Shown here one piece after another: positions 50,691-63,857 of a DNA stretch of 64,000 nt. Made by a program: the position numbers and the translations under genes. A model generated the notes under the pieces. That model saw nothing but the letters and a program-made list of their open reading frames with translations. It searched no databases and was not told the origin of the DNA. Source of the DNA: Mobula hypostoma (Eukaryota); contig NC_086108.1 in assembly GCF_963921235.1 (NCBI RefSeq), forward strand, positions 52,144,001 through 52,208,000, read 5' to 3'. Within the stretch, counting starts at the first letter, position 1. Each line of letters opens with the position of its first letter.

Positions 50691-50977
50691 ACTTTGAATG
50701 TCCTCAGGTTATTCAGATATCCAGTGAATAGAAATCATAACCAAGCCTTATTATTTTCATTAGTTTCCATTATCTATACCTGTCGTGATGATTTCTCAGT
50801 AGTGACAGTGAACAGGTAAATATTTCCCTTTCCAACCTTAATTTAAAGACAAGGCGGATGATATTTTCATTTGGGATGGCAGGAGAAATTATGTGTCTCT
50901 AAGTGAACACAAAGGCCATTTCCCTCAAATAACAAGGTATTTCAGTGTTTCTTACTGTTACCAATTTTTATTGGCAG

Positions 50978-51090
50978 CTGATCTGTGCTCTTGAAGAACA
51001 GTTATTGGAGCAGTCTCACCTAAACGAAGCACTTCGAGCTGAAAGACAACTCTATATTAGCCTCGTTAAATTCCATAATCAAACTGACAG
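50978..51090 (+). CDS. PDE4DIP: Myomegalin exon 16 (LICALEEQ...LNEALRAERQLYISLVKFHNQTD)
   Basis: GGCAG acceptor, CAG|GTAAGA, phase 0 to 2; resembles recalled human LNEALQAERQLYSSLVKFH. Confidence 0.92.
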
Positions 51091-52101
51091 GTAAGACAAA
51101 GTCCTGACTTGGCGTAGATTTTTGAAGTCAGTGTGAGTATATAGAATGTGTTCTCTTTTGTTAGTATTTGATTCAAACTGCTCACCGTTTTTAAAAGGAA
51201 TATCAGTTTTCTCTGTGATATTTCCACATATGTTTCTATATACTTTACCAGATATTATAAAAGTGTAATGATTAAAATAACTAAAATTGAAGGTTATTCG
51301 TTAGTAACATGTATGCCATCAGAATAGAAGGGACCCCCTGTTACAATTTTGTCTCCTTTCCAAAGTTAAGTAATCTTATTTATTTCAAATATAATTATGA
51401 AATGGTAAGCCTGTTGGATGAAGAAATTTGCGTGGAATAATTTTTTACAGATTCACATCCAAAAAATTAATATTGCTTGACATGAAGATTGAGAATAGTT
51501 GTATAACACTGTATTAACATCAATGCTGGCACATACACCAGCAAGGAATCTAGTTATTAATATTACTGGCTGGATCATTGTGCAAGATGAAAGTTATAGC
51601 CTTGTATGGCAATAAATACATACAAGGGAACTATGAATCATTACTTGTTCAATTTGATACCACTTGACGTTTTCATCTTCTATTGTTCAAAATACTTTCT
51701 CTGAATTTTCCAACCTAGATATTGATTTATATTTTCATTAACTATAAACAGTATCTCTTACAGCTGGGTCTCAAAATTTGTCCTGTTTAATTGATAATCT
51801 CATCTATGCCCACTAGTTAATGTTCAGTCTATTTTAATGTCTCCAAATTCAAAACCATCTTTTCATCCACTCCCTTCCTCCAGATAAGTTTCTGTGGTAA
51901 CTCTTTAAGCCTGTAAGGCTGTTTTGTTAAAAGGTACATCTCTTGTAAGTGGTTTGGGAAATTGAAGTGCTCAACCATGGTCACTGTAACAATGTTCTGT
52001 GGTTCTCGTAGACCATATGCATCTGTTGTTAGTTCATTGGGTACTGTCTTCAGTAGATTGATTTAGCTCATTTTTGTCTCTAAATTCACATTTCCACTTA
52101 G

Positions 52102-52321
52102 CACCAGCAGAGAAAAGATGCTCCAGACTGAACTCATGGCTGTACAGGCACTCCGTGGACATCTGGAAGAGGCCCTCAGGAGAACCCAGGAGCAGATTGG
52201 CAGGCTGGAGAAGGAGCCTGAGATCTCAGCAGATTCTGGAGGTGGGGGAATGGAGAGGCTGGCAAGTCTGCAAGAGCATGTGGCCTGCTCTACTGAGGTG
52301 TCTCGCAGCCAAACCACATAG
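52102..52321 (+). CDS. PDE4DIP: Myomegalin exon 17: terminal exon of the short isoform (stop 52319-52321); internal donor after 52241 for the long isoform
   Basis: CACTTAG acceptor in phase 2; LQTELMAVQALRGHLEEAL; GGAG|GTGGGG internal donor. Confidence 0.85.
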
Positions 52322-52587
52322 CGTGCAGTGGAATATGGGCTTGTGGTTAGCCGAAAAATCTTGCTAACAGGAAATGCCTGCTTAATGCCAATGGGGTTTT
52401 ACTGTTTACTAACTAATTGTGTGCAATGTTAACTGACCTGGATTCAGAAAATCATGATTGTACCATATATGTTAATAGTTTTCCTTGTCATATAGAATTC
52501 ATGACTCAGGATGTATTACGTGTTATCATGAGAAGAAAAAGATCATTCTATTTTAAGTTATTGCATTTTCCCTGTTTATGTTGATGA

Positions 52588-52593
52588 AATAAA
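52588..52593 (+). terminator. Candidate polyadenylation signal of the short isoform
   Basis: AATAAA ~270 nt after the stop, followed by a T-rich tract. Confidence 0.45.
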
Positions 52594-54299
52594 AATTTCA
52601 TTTCAATTTTCTCATTTTGCCTATGCACATTTTCCATTTTGAATGCATGAACCATCTTTCCTCCAGCAAAGCCTTCCCACCATATCCTACCTGTCTTCTT
52701 TCCCTTCGTCCCTCAAAATTCAGTTATCAATTTGCTAAGCAAATTTATTCGACCTTACTGAATGTCTGGAGTAAATAAGCAATTTTGCAATTAAGTTATA
52801 ATAACATATACATATATTTAATATGTATATATTTAATAGCTTGATTGAAGATTTTTTTAAAAGTTGCTCCTAAATTGGGTTGAACTGTTTGTGTAGATAT
52901 TCATTTATTAGTAATATTACTACTTCTAAAAGCATGATATCAGCTGTATGTGTTGTGGACCATACTGGTCCCAAATGTTTTTCCAAGATACCCCTTGGTT
53001 ACAGTGGCAGTAAGTATCTCTATTTTATCACTTCTTGCTATCTAATTCAGGAAAGAATGAAACTTTGTGCTGGATATTAATTTTGATCACCAAAGGCTGC
53101 AAATTTGCCATATGGAAAGCACAGAAGTCAAACACACTCCTGACCACAAGTGACTTGAGATTTTGTATATAAAAGTCTGAATTAATTTCTAAACAAATTA
53201 GTTTGCTAATATCTTTAAGAAGCTGTTTCAGTGATGGATATTGGGCATGGATAAGTTCTAAACTTCGTAACTATTTTCAAATTGCATAGCATCCCCAGTT
53301 TATTATCTAACTTGTACAGTTGACAGTTTTGAGAATAGAACAATCCATTTAGAAATTTTAGATCAATGATAGTAATATACTCAGCATTGCTGGAAATTGA
53401 TAACCAGCTTATTGTTTACCAGTATTTTCATTTCTAAATGGTAGTTTCCTTCATATCTTCGTCATTTCTACATTACAGTGTCCTTGCTCATCAGATATTA
53501 TGTGATGGTTCATACGTTTCCTGAATTTGTTATCTGAGGGTTCATTCATTTTTGTCTTTTTATTATGCTTCTAAACAGATATAGTTTCCATATTTACAGG
53601 GACATCTGTGTTGGTGATTGAAAACCCTTTTCGATACTCTATAAGCAATTAATGAAAATGCGTAATAACAATGTTATGTCTCTGCAAGTAATGGCCTGAG
53701 ATATATTAGTTTACATTGAATCCAAAACAAAAATAAATGATAAATTATTCTGGTTTATTCCACTTCTTGACCAGTGTCAGCTATCAGGGGTTGATTCCAC
53801 TAATGTTTACAACTTCCAAAAATTCACCCAGGTAGCCCTCATTGATATGTTAATGGTGAATGTTGACAGGCTTTTCGACTACACAATCTCCTCATGTGGC
53901 ATTCATAGTGAATGAATGACAATCAGGTATGGGAATCCAGCCATTCTAACCCCGTTAATCAAAAGAAGATGATTTGTATCCTGCTTTATCTTCTGATGGT
54001 ATATGTAGTCTGTTACTTTCTGGTATTTAATTTCTCTCGTTTTCTCCAACAACTATATGAAAAATTAAATAGGGGCTGCTACTCCCATAATTCATGGCAA
54101 CAGTAAGAATCCATTCTTGAATCAAGAGGCCCATTATTCAATGGAGACTGTTTGTTATTTCTTTGAATGCCAAGATTTCCAGGAATAATAAACGACAGCA
54201 CTTGTATTCACACAGCTGGACCGATATAAAGAAAGAATGCAGATGCCACATATTAGCCTTTCACAGAAGGGCACTGATTGTTAGCCACTTTATAAAGAA

Positions 54300-55075
54300 A
54301 TATTAGAACATAAAATAGTACAACACAAAGCAGCCCTTTAGCCCACAATGTTGTACCGAACCAAATAAATAATCAAATGGCCAACTAAATTAATTCCTTC
54401 TGCCTACACAATGTCCGTATTTCTTCTTTTTCCTCACATTCATGTACCTCTCTAAACGTCCGGAATGTATCTGCCTCAACCACTACGCTAGTAGCATATT
54501 TCAGGTACTCACCACTCTGTGTTATATAATGAAACTTGTGCCTCACATACCCAGTCTCACCTTAAATGAATGCCCTTTGGTACTAGACATTTCAATTCTG
54601 GGAAAAAAACACTGTCTGTTTGCCTACTCTTTATGCCTCTCATATCTTCTAAATCACTACCAGATCTCCTCTCAGCCTCTACCACTCCAGAGAAAACAAC
54701 CCCGGGTTTGTCCAACCTCTCATGCCCCTTAATGCAGGCAGAATCCTGGTAGACCTGTAAACCTCTTCTGTACCCTCTCCAAAGCCTCATCCCTCCTGTA
54801 ATGGCCACTTTCAGAGAGACATGAATTTCGAACCCAAGATCCTTCTACTCATTGACACTATTAAGGGTTTTGTCATTAACAGTGTACTGCCTCTGTATTT
54901 GACCTGCCAAAGTACAACACTTCACATTTGGCCAGGATAAACTTCATCTGCTATTTCTCCACACATATCTACAACTGATCTATATCCCACTGTATTATTT
55001 GCCAGTATATACATCATTCACAACATCACCGACCTTCGTATCATCTACAATGTTGGTATCAAATTGATTATGCAG
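54300..55075 (-). mobile_element. Degraded CR1 LINE 3' portion
   Basis: VDDTKVGDVV and HERLDKPG..FS remnants; CR1-type 3'UTR at ~54305-54360. Confidence 0.7.
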
Positions 55076-55077
55076 GT

Positions 55078-55490
55078 ACCAAATAAAAAGAAGGTGCAAG
55101 AAATTGGAGTGGAAAAAAAACTGTTGGAAGAACTCTGTGGTCAGCAGCATCTGTGGAAGCAGAGCGATGATAGACATATTAAGTCAAAATCCTGCATCAG
55201 AACGGAGTGCTGAGGGAAGATGGTCAGCATATAGAAATGAGAGGGAGGGGTGAGAAAAGGCTGATAGGTAGGTGGAAGAATATGAGGTGGTGGGGTTGAT
55301 TACGGGGTGGGGTAGGTGCTGAGTGGAAACGTAAGGGGGAAGAAGAAGGCAGGGAAGGAAGAAAGGTAGAGACGGAGGTCGGTAGGTGATGGGTGAATCA
55401 GATAAGGGAGGAACCAAGTGGAGGAAGTGATAAAGGTGAACCAGGATATATAGGTACGTGGGTGATGGGCGGAGAGAGCTAGACTTCAAG
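55078..55490 (-). mobile_element. Degraded Penelope-like 3' fragment
   Basis: GAAGAACTCTGTGGTCAGCAGCATCTGTGG end followed by a purine-rich tract, as at 9225. Confidence 0.5.
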
Positions 55491-58400
55491 CAAAAAAAGT
55501 TACTCTTTATTCAAATTGGCACGGTAAAACATGAAGAGTTTTGTATGATCATTGTTAAAGAGTAGATTGCAATTGAAATGGAAATCCCACTTCAAATTAA
55601 GATATACATTTCTCAAAGTAGATATAATCTTGTTGATTTCGTGGGCCACAATTTCCAATATTAGTCTGTGTTACTGAAATTTTGAGCCTTGCAAAAAAGT
55701 TCATTTTTTTCTTGTGCTTTGGACAATACCAAGCATGGGAAAAATGGAAAGATGACTGTACAGGTTAATTAATAATTTTAAAATGCCAAATGTATATATA
55801 GTAGATAAAGAACAGAAAATGCTGGAAGTTCTCAGCAGTTCAGCCACACTGTCAGAAGACAAGCTAACCCTATGGCTGATCTATTATTACAGCTGTATGG
55901 CCACCACTATCATGATAATGGAATTCATGGCATTGAATTTCCAAACATAAACACACAGAGGCAGGGTTTAGAACCTGTTCCATTGGTTCTGATCAAAGGA
56001 ATGTAAGCTCTATTTCTCTTCCCGCAGTTGCAATTTGATCACTTGGTATTTCCTGCATTTTCTGTTTTTACAGAATTCCAGCTTTATTTTCTGATTTTCA
56101 TGAAAGGTCGGAAATATTGGCCAATGTATATGGTTATTTTGAAAAGTGAACTGGGCGAGCGTTCTGTTTACCTGCAAACTAAACACGTGAAGTTCTAGTA
56201 CGTAGCATGTTAGAAGCAAATTCGTTTTTTGATATAAATCTCTTTAATCTGATAAAGGAAAAGTTGCTCTCATTTTTAAAAAATCACTCAGAAAGCAATT
56301 TAAGAAATAGTAGTCTACAGTAATTACCTGCTTCCACCTACCCAAATATTCCAAAAGAAATAAGAATGGACTAAACGCAAAATGTTCACTTATAGCAGCT
56401 AAATTGTACCACTGAACTAATTTACATTTGAGATTTCAGATGATAAAGGATAATATTACTTAATAGTGAATATTTTCTGATGGAAAGATCACTTTAGTGA
56501 ACTATTGATATTCTGTACTGATTTAGTTGGATTGTTGTGTGGTCAGAGAACCACAAGTAGTTGTGTCATATTAGAGCTGTGTGTGGGCAGTGGCATGTGC
56601 ACAAACAGGATGAACTGGTGACTACTCAAGAGTTTTCATTGACAGAATCATGTTCCGGATTACCTTAATGCTTTCTCTGTTTCTTTTACTAATTGTGAAG
56701 TTTAAACTTTTTTGAATTATTAACTACATGTGTACAGAAAATACTATTTGTCTTTGTGGAATATAATGCTGTGGCCTGTGTGGGAAGTTATCTCCACAAA
56801 AAAGAACAGATTACACAAGTATGTTTTGGGAATGTTCATATGAACTTCCAGTTTCTGCATTCCAGTACTGATGACTCTGCAGTACTATGTATGTAAAACT
56901 TCCCCTGAGCTTTACTCTAATTGTATCCTGCTTTGATAAGCAATACATATCATTAGATAATTGAAGCAATTATTCTGAGAATACAATTAATCTCAATAAT
57001 TCCAAGGAGGAGAGGGCTTGTTAATCCCACCTTCATGTATGCCTCCAGATATTTCTTGAACAGTAACCCTTTTGTGAAATTCAACTTGGTAATTACTGTG
57101 ATAATTTCTTTTTTCTTTCCAAGCACCAGTTATTACGCCAGTTTTGGCTGTGCTGTATTTCACATAACACGAACTAAATAGCACCGGGATTGCCACCACT
57201 GATACAAAATTGGAATTCACAGGATTGGTTTTTCAAAGTAGAAAACTACTCAAAGCAAGTAATGGGACAAGGTTTAAATCCTCACTTAAAAGTTAACTCT
57301 TCCGTTTTGAGATCATTTTTTATTTCTGATCTCCCATGTACTTCAATGATGGATTTGTAAATTGTAGTCATCTTGTAAGATCTCTGGCATTGACCCTTAA
57401 ATATGATGAAGACCAGTTTATCAAAGTTGCATGTTGAAGCATTTTCTGAAAAGAACTATTTATGCATAGGGATCTTGATTGCATTTCAAATATTTTCAGA
57501 CCTTTTATCCTTCTAGGAACAGGATAATAAACTTTGTTTCTTTAAGTAAGTTGAGGGTTTAAGAGAGATTCTAAGAAAACATTTTCATATTTCTTTTAAG
57601 CAAAGTATTGCAGCCACTTTCAAGAAACTGAATTCAATTAAATTTTGTATCATTTTCTATTAACCTAAGAAAAACTGCTATAATCCACAGTCAAATTTGT
57701 CATTATTTGGTGCCAAGCTTAGTGGGATTGTTCCTGGAAAAGTTGTAATTTTGTTAAATAAAATCCAATAAACAGTAATAAATTACACTGTAATTTTCAA
57801 AGTTTAAGAATAGGAGCCTAGAATGTGTTTTGAAGCTTTAGACATGCCTCTATGTTTTTATTGCAAAGGCATCAACCACAGCTGCATCTCTTCAAAAGCC
57901 ATTAAGTGCATGCTGAATGCATTGTGGACTTTTAAACTGTGTCCAGCTATAATCAAATGTTATCAAGAATTTTAAAAAGCATGATTGAGTTAAGGTCATT
58001 TGAGCCGCCTCCTTCCATACATAGAAGTTTTTTATATATTCATTCAAAATTTATAAGTCTGCACAATTAAGTGTAAAAATGGAAATGTGCATCCTGGGGC
58101 CATATATATAAAAAAAAGTTTGGGGGAGATATTTCCAGCTGTCTAATCTTGTACTTTTGTTAAGATTATAACAGACATACTATCTGATGACTTGGAGAGA
58201 TACTTGGCACCAGTTATGTGTTCTAGTGCTTTCTACTCACAGAAAGTAATTGATACAGGGTAATCAACCTCTCTAAATGTTAGCTTTACTCTTCAATTGA
58301 AATTATAATCTTTTGATTATTTCCAATTCCATAATAGTCACCATTTTGTATATCTTTTTTAGGCTTTGCTGCCACAGTTATTAAACATTTTGGAAAGCAT

Positions 58401-60504
58401 AAATGTGTAAAGACACAAACTTCCTTTTTAATGGACATGTACTTCAGCAAAAGTCACCAACACAGAACAAGAATGCACAAAGAGCTTTTGACTATCTTAG
58501 CAGTAAATGATCTCATTGCTTTTACCAGCTATGCAACAGGCAGAGTAGTGTTGTAGATACGTTTTATTGATCTAATCAAGTTTATGCTTTGACAAAGAAT
58601 GAACTGGTACAAATGATGAAAATATACAGGACCTTTTCAGTCCATGGTAATGAAAAATGGCTGGTTTATTACATTAACATACTGATATTATATGCCTTTG
58701 TTCCATGTAAATCAGACATTGAAGTTGGCTATCAGTTACAAAGTTAAAAGTATTGTGGGAGTGAATAGACTTAATTTAGATCATTTTAAATAGGATTTCA
58801 GCCAAGACTTGAGTGTTTATTCAGACCAGGAAAGCCTCAGATTTGTTTTGCTGAGAATTGACTTCGGGTAATCTTACCTCAACACCTCTGGTTTGACCAG
58901 AATATTTAGTGAAGGGACAACCAGTAATTTCTGACCTTGGCTGGAAGCCTGTAAGTGTGAATTTTGACCAAAAATAATCAGGGCTGATTGTGCTAACCCA
59001 TTAGTACTTAGTGCCCTGCCTACAGCTACTTATTGGAAGGGAATCAGAGCCTTTGGTGGGTGATGCTGTCAGTGAAAGGAGGTTGGCACCTGACCACTCT
59101 GTTCTCCAGAATGTAATATACAAAGTATAAATCAACCTGGTTTCTTTTCTTGCTGGCATTTTGTTAAAGAACACATTGCGAGAGACTGAGGAGTAGGGAA
59201 ATAATTGGCCTGACCACCCTCCTGATTTGAGAATGGTATCTACTCTGCTGAAGTAAATGGAACAATGTCCAGCCTTGCTTTCCTTGTTCTGCATGTTGTC
59301 CAGATATGCATGAAGATCATTAGTAATTATTGAGTTGACCAGCATTTTAAACTGGCATGTAATGTGGAAAAAGATGGACAATTGCTAAATTGGATTGTGT
59401 GCAATAAGAAAGTGTTTTCTTTTTGTTGCAGATTCATTCTTTGTTTGCATGTACTATCAGATTGTGATGATAGAGAAATTCTAGTCTCTCTGTTCTGATG
59501 CATTTTGTCCACAATAAAAATTGTCTTAAAGTATTTTCCAAACTAACTTCATCTATGTGCACCAGAAATGAAATTTGATCCCAGGTTGAGGAAATGTCAG
59601 TAAGTTAATAGGTACTCAAAGCTCATCTGCTTAGTGTCAAACTGGAAACTCATGGATTCTGTTCGTAGTTCCTACTGCTAGCTAATCATTCTTGATAGAG
59701 CTGCCAATTTCAATGCACCTGGATGAATGTAGGTGGGAGTGGGAAAATTCAGTGGTACTGGGAAAGAAACGGCTAGGTTTGCTGATGATTCTCCAATGGT
59801 CTCTACTGGAAAATGCTCACACGAAGTGTTGAGTAAAATAAGTTTACACATATTTCAATCTCCCTTTGCTCTAAACAGCTTGCAAAGACTAGCATTCCCA
59901 ATTGATGGTTCAAGAGTAGCTGTTAGTGAGTATGTTCTTTCCAGATAACAAAGGGAGCATTTGATGTGCTTCTGGCAGGACCCACAATGCAAAATCCTGG
60001 ATTTTGTGACAGAACAAAATAAGAAGAAACTTTGCAGAATGATCTAGTGATCTCTGTAATGCAGATTACTTCTTTCTCAACATTGGTGCTATCAGACCTT
60101 GATTCTAGGGGATCTATGGCATTTAATAACAATGGCATCAGGGAGTTGCGCAGTTAATAATACTTGTGTGTTCTCATAAATGGAAAACCTGGTGGTAAAA
60201 GGGATTTTAAATGCCTTACAGAATCCAAAATAATATCTGCTTCATACTCAAGATTAAGATCAAAGCTGAAATATTTTAAAGAAATAAAATCAACTTTGGA
60301 ACTTTGAAAGACTTGAGGAAATGCTTATCCACAGATCTAAAATTTATAGGTCCAGAGATGTCGTTGAATTGCAATTGTAGCTATTAAAATCTCACTTGCA
60401 GCATTATGTTGGAGTAGTTTGCAAAAAAAAAACCTTACCAAGGATAGAACAAGGAACCACTCTCACAAATTTCCTGATTCCTCTGTTAATCTCCAAAATT
60501 TGCT

Positions 60505-60741
60505 AACAACAGGAATTCTGCAGATGCTGGAAATTCAAGCAACACACATAAAAGTTGCTGGTGAACGCAGCAGGCCAGGCAGCATCTCTAAGAAGAGGTG
60601 CAGTCGACGTTTCAGGCTGAGACTCCTAACCCTAACCCTCGCATTAGTCCTGACGAAGGGTCTCGGCCTGAAACGTCGATTGCACCTCTTCTCAGAGATG
60701 CTGCCTGGCCTGCTGCGTTCACCAGCAACTTTTATGTGTGT
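60505..60741. mobile_element. Miniature fold-back Penelope-derived element
   Basis: 13-bp TSD TCCAAAATTTGCT (60492-60504, 60742-60754); 83-bp inverted arms; same termini as the 45042 element. Confidence 0.9.
60646..60681 (+). ncRNA. Minimal type I hammerhead ribozyme motif (Penelope-associated)
   Basis: AGTC-CTGACGA-AGG..CCT-GAAA-CGTC|GATT: intact core, stem I AGTC/GATT, palindromic ACGT in place of stem III. Confidence 0.65.
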
Positions 60742-63700
60742 TCCAAAATTTGCTGTCAGTTTTGTGGTATAATAATAGTGAGATCTGATCATTGGGTGAT
60801 TAGGGGGGTACATTTGCCTACATTTTGCTTGCGAAATCTGACCCAGCATTGTGGGCATCGTAAAAGAAGTGTGGCTTTGAATTGTTAAGTGGTGTGGACG
60901 TGTCATGCATAGCATTGCAATGCACATGAACGGAGGACTTTCAGAGCAAGAGGCACAGTAATCTAATGTGTGATTATTGCAAAGAACAGTACCTCCCCAG
61001 TCACCCAATGGTCCTTCATGCTGTGTGAGACCATCATTATACACCATAAATTAAAACACGCCTTATTCCTCGTAAATTCCATGTTCAACTTCAAAATTAA
61101 TTTGTGGTGGGGACTAAAATCCTGCTATTCAGATTTAGAAGATGTAAGTTATGACAGAAACCTGTCTCCTCCATCATGGTGAGAAACAAACTATTCGAAT
61201 GATAACAAGTCACTAAAGTTAAATTACCATAGAAATAATCTAATAATCTGGCTGTCCAGATTATTCATTCAGTTAATGATTAGAAGGTGGGACAATAGCT
61301 GAACTTTGTAATGAGTCTAACAAAACCTACCAGATTGGGTTCAATAATGTCCAATTTATGACTCCACATGGTTGACTTAACAAACCATTCAGTTGTAGAT
61401 GCTTTAACACCATATTCTCAATGAGCAATTAAGGATGGACAGTAATTGCTAATCTTGTCAATGCTGTCCAGAAATAAGTGAATAAAACTGCATAAGTAGT
61501 ATCATAATCAGCATTCCCAGTTGGAGACACCATGCAAAGAGAACATATTTGGAAATATATATTTAAGTAAGCAGCTGTCCTCCTCTTAAAGTCTTCAACT
61601 AGTTATACATAAAATATTAACTGCTACAGCTGGAACTTTAATCCCTTTCCTCTTCAATTTCTTTCCTTTTATTAAAACCAGAGTTGTGCAGGGAACATCT
61701 GTTATCTGGCTAAATTCCCTGCATAACCAGGCCAAGGTTAAGGTTGTCAACTCTCCAGGATTGCCCTGGAATCCACAGAAATTGGAGATGAATCTGAGCA
61801 ACTTTCTCGGAAACCTGGACGACAGAATAAGACTGGGGAAAAATATCATGAAAATAGAAATGTACTATTTTGGTTCATGTGTTACTTTCATTATCAGTTC
61901 TTAAAATATTGGAGAAGGGATAAAAAAAAGGTTGTTCAAATGACAGTAAGTAAAAAGGCAGTTGGATAACACTTCATGTGGGAAGATAGTGCAGTGGATT
62001 ATTGACCAATGTGTGAAAGGTGACCTTAGGCAGATGTTTGGAACAGTGAGGTTTGGAGACAAAAGATCTTGTAATGAAATCAACTATTGTAAAGCCATTA
62101 CTGTCATCATTTTATTAATTTGTACATTCAGATATTGCCAATGGTAATAGGACAGTGAAGAGGATAATGAATCTTTCCAAATCAGAAACCAAATTCCAAA
62201 TGGTACTATTGCCCAACGTCCACTGCGCTGTTTCTCTTGGTAGTAGTACAGCCAGTCCATGAGATTAATTATGAATTGTTGACTAATTATTTGGTATATT
62301 TTATGGATTATACCACAGTGTTTGCTGTAAAATATTGATTGTCAGGCTATTGCACATCCAGGTTTTGAGAAAGATTAGGGAAAGGCCAGATGTCGGGGTT
62401 TTAATTCTTATGTTCTGGTATTGTGGTTTTGTTTAGTTAAGTGGTTTTATTAGCTGTATTAAAGGACGATTAACAGTCAACCAAACAGATATGGAATCAA
62501 TAATGCCACAATGAGAAAAAGTGGATTAACTTGTGTGGTCATCATTACAAATACCAGAATACTTTAAACTACAAATTTATTTAATAAACTCAAATTTCTT
62601 GGCTAGTATGGTGTGAGTTAGACTGGTTTCTTTGGGTCTCTACTAGTCCAGTAATTTAACCACAATGGTATTATGCCTGAGTAAATCAGGTCCACATTGA
62701 ATAAAATTACAAATCCTGAACATGTGTATCAAAAACACTAAAACCTTTGATAATTGATTTCCTTTTATAATCCAAGGAATATGCAAATAGGTGAGAAATA
62801 CATTTATACCCAATTACATTGTAAATCCTTGGTACATACATTCAGAATTGCAGTAATTTTGTGGGTGATGTTGTAATTGTGAAAATGAATTCACTTCTGG
62901 TAAAATAATTAAAATCGTAAAGTGAGAAACTGCTGTGCTGATGTTTTTCAGAATGCCTCTGCTTTGCTTTGCTGAATATTTTCTTGTTACATTAACCTTT
63001 AAAAACTCAGCATCACCACCATGCTTTATTGCCAACCACAGCTCAAGTGCCATCCACAGATTGTTGGGTGACATTGTGTGCAGTGATCGATTTGAAATTG
63101 TTGTGCTCCAGCAACTGTTATTCACTTTTTAACAAACTACATGAAAAATATAACTTCTGTCATCTTTCCGCTGTTGTACATTCACCTGATATTTCTCTAT
63201 TTAATGAGTAACACCCTATTTTAAAATATGTTTTGGGTTCACATTGGCATTTAAAACACATTCATATACTGTTTGATGAACAAATTAAGGGAAAAGTGGG
63301 AAGTGGTCAATCACTGATGCTTAACCTGAATCGTTTGCTCAGAGCATTTGCTTTGAATGTATTAGAGGTTCAGCAATTTAACCATAGCAACTTGAGCTTG
63401 TTAATGTACAGGAAATGGTTAACCCAACTGACAGATCATTTGCCTCTGAATAAAGCAGCAAGAAAAAGTTTGTTATTCATGGATGTAGGCTGGTAGTTTT
63501 CAATCAACAGCATGCAAAATGGAAAATGAGCAGAACATTATTTTTATTTAAATCTCCAGGGAAGGCTAAATCTACCATTTCAGCACACCTTGTAAAAATT
63601 GAATAAATGTGCATGTATTCTTGGTAGCAATCAATCAAGATATTTTTAAAAAGTAATTAACAATTTTATTGATGTGTGATTGTTATTTATTATTTGAAGT

Positions 63701-63765
63701 GAGTAGTGGCCATTGGCATCCTTTTACATGTTCTTGACAAGTATCTGTTTTTCACTTTCTTTCAG

Positions 63766-63857
63766 AGTACCATTGTGAGAGAGCTGAGGATAATGAGGGC
63801 ACTCAGTTTAAAGATTCATTGAATGAGCATCCAACAAATGTGGAGCACAACCAGCAG
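63766..63857 (+). CDS. PDE4DIP: Myomegalin long-isoform exon (EYHCERAEDNEGTQFKDSLNEHPTNVEHNQQ)
   Basis: Strong pyrimidine tract plus CAG, CAG|GTAACA; phase 1 matches the donor at 52241; resembles recalled human DTEDTSTEFTDSIEEEAAHHSHQQ. Confidence 0.85.

Noticed and set aside
60419..61047. Mirror-image ORFs on both strands
   Set aside because: Artefact of the palindromic Penelope-derived element.
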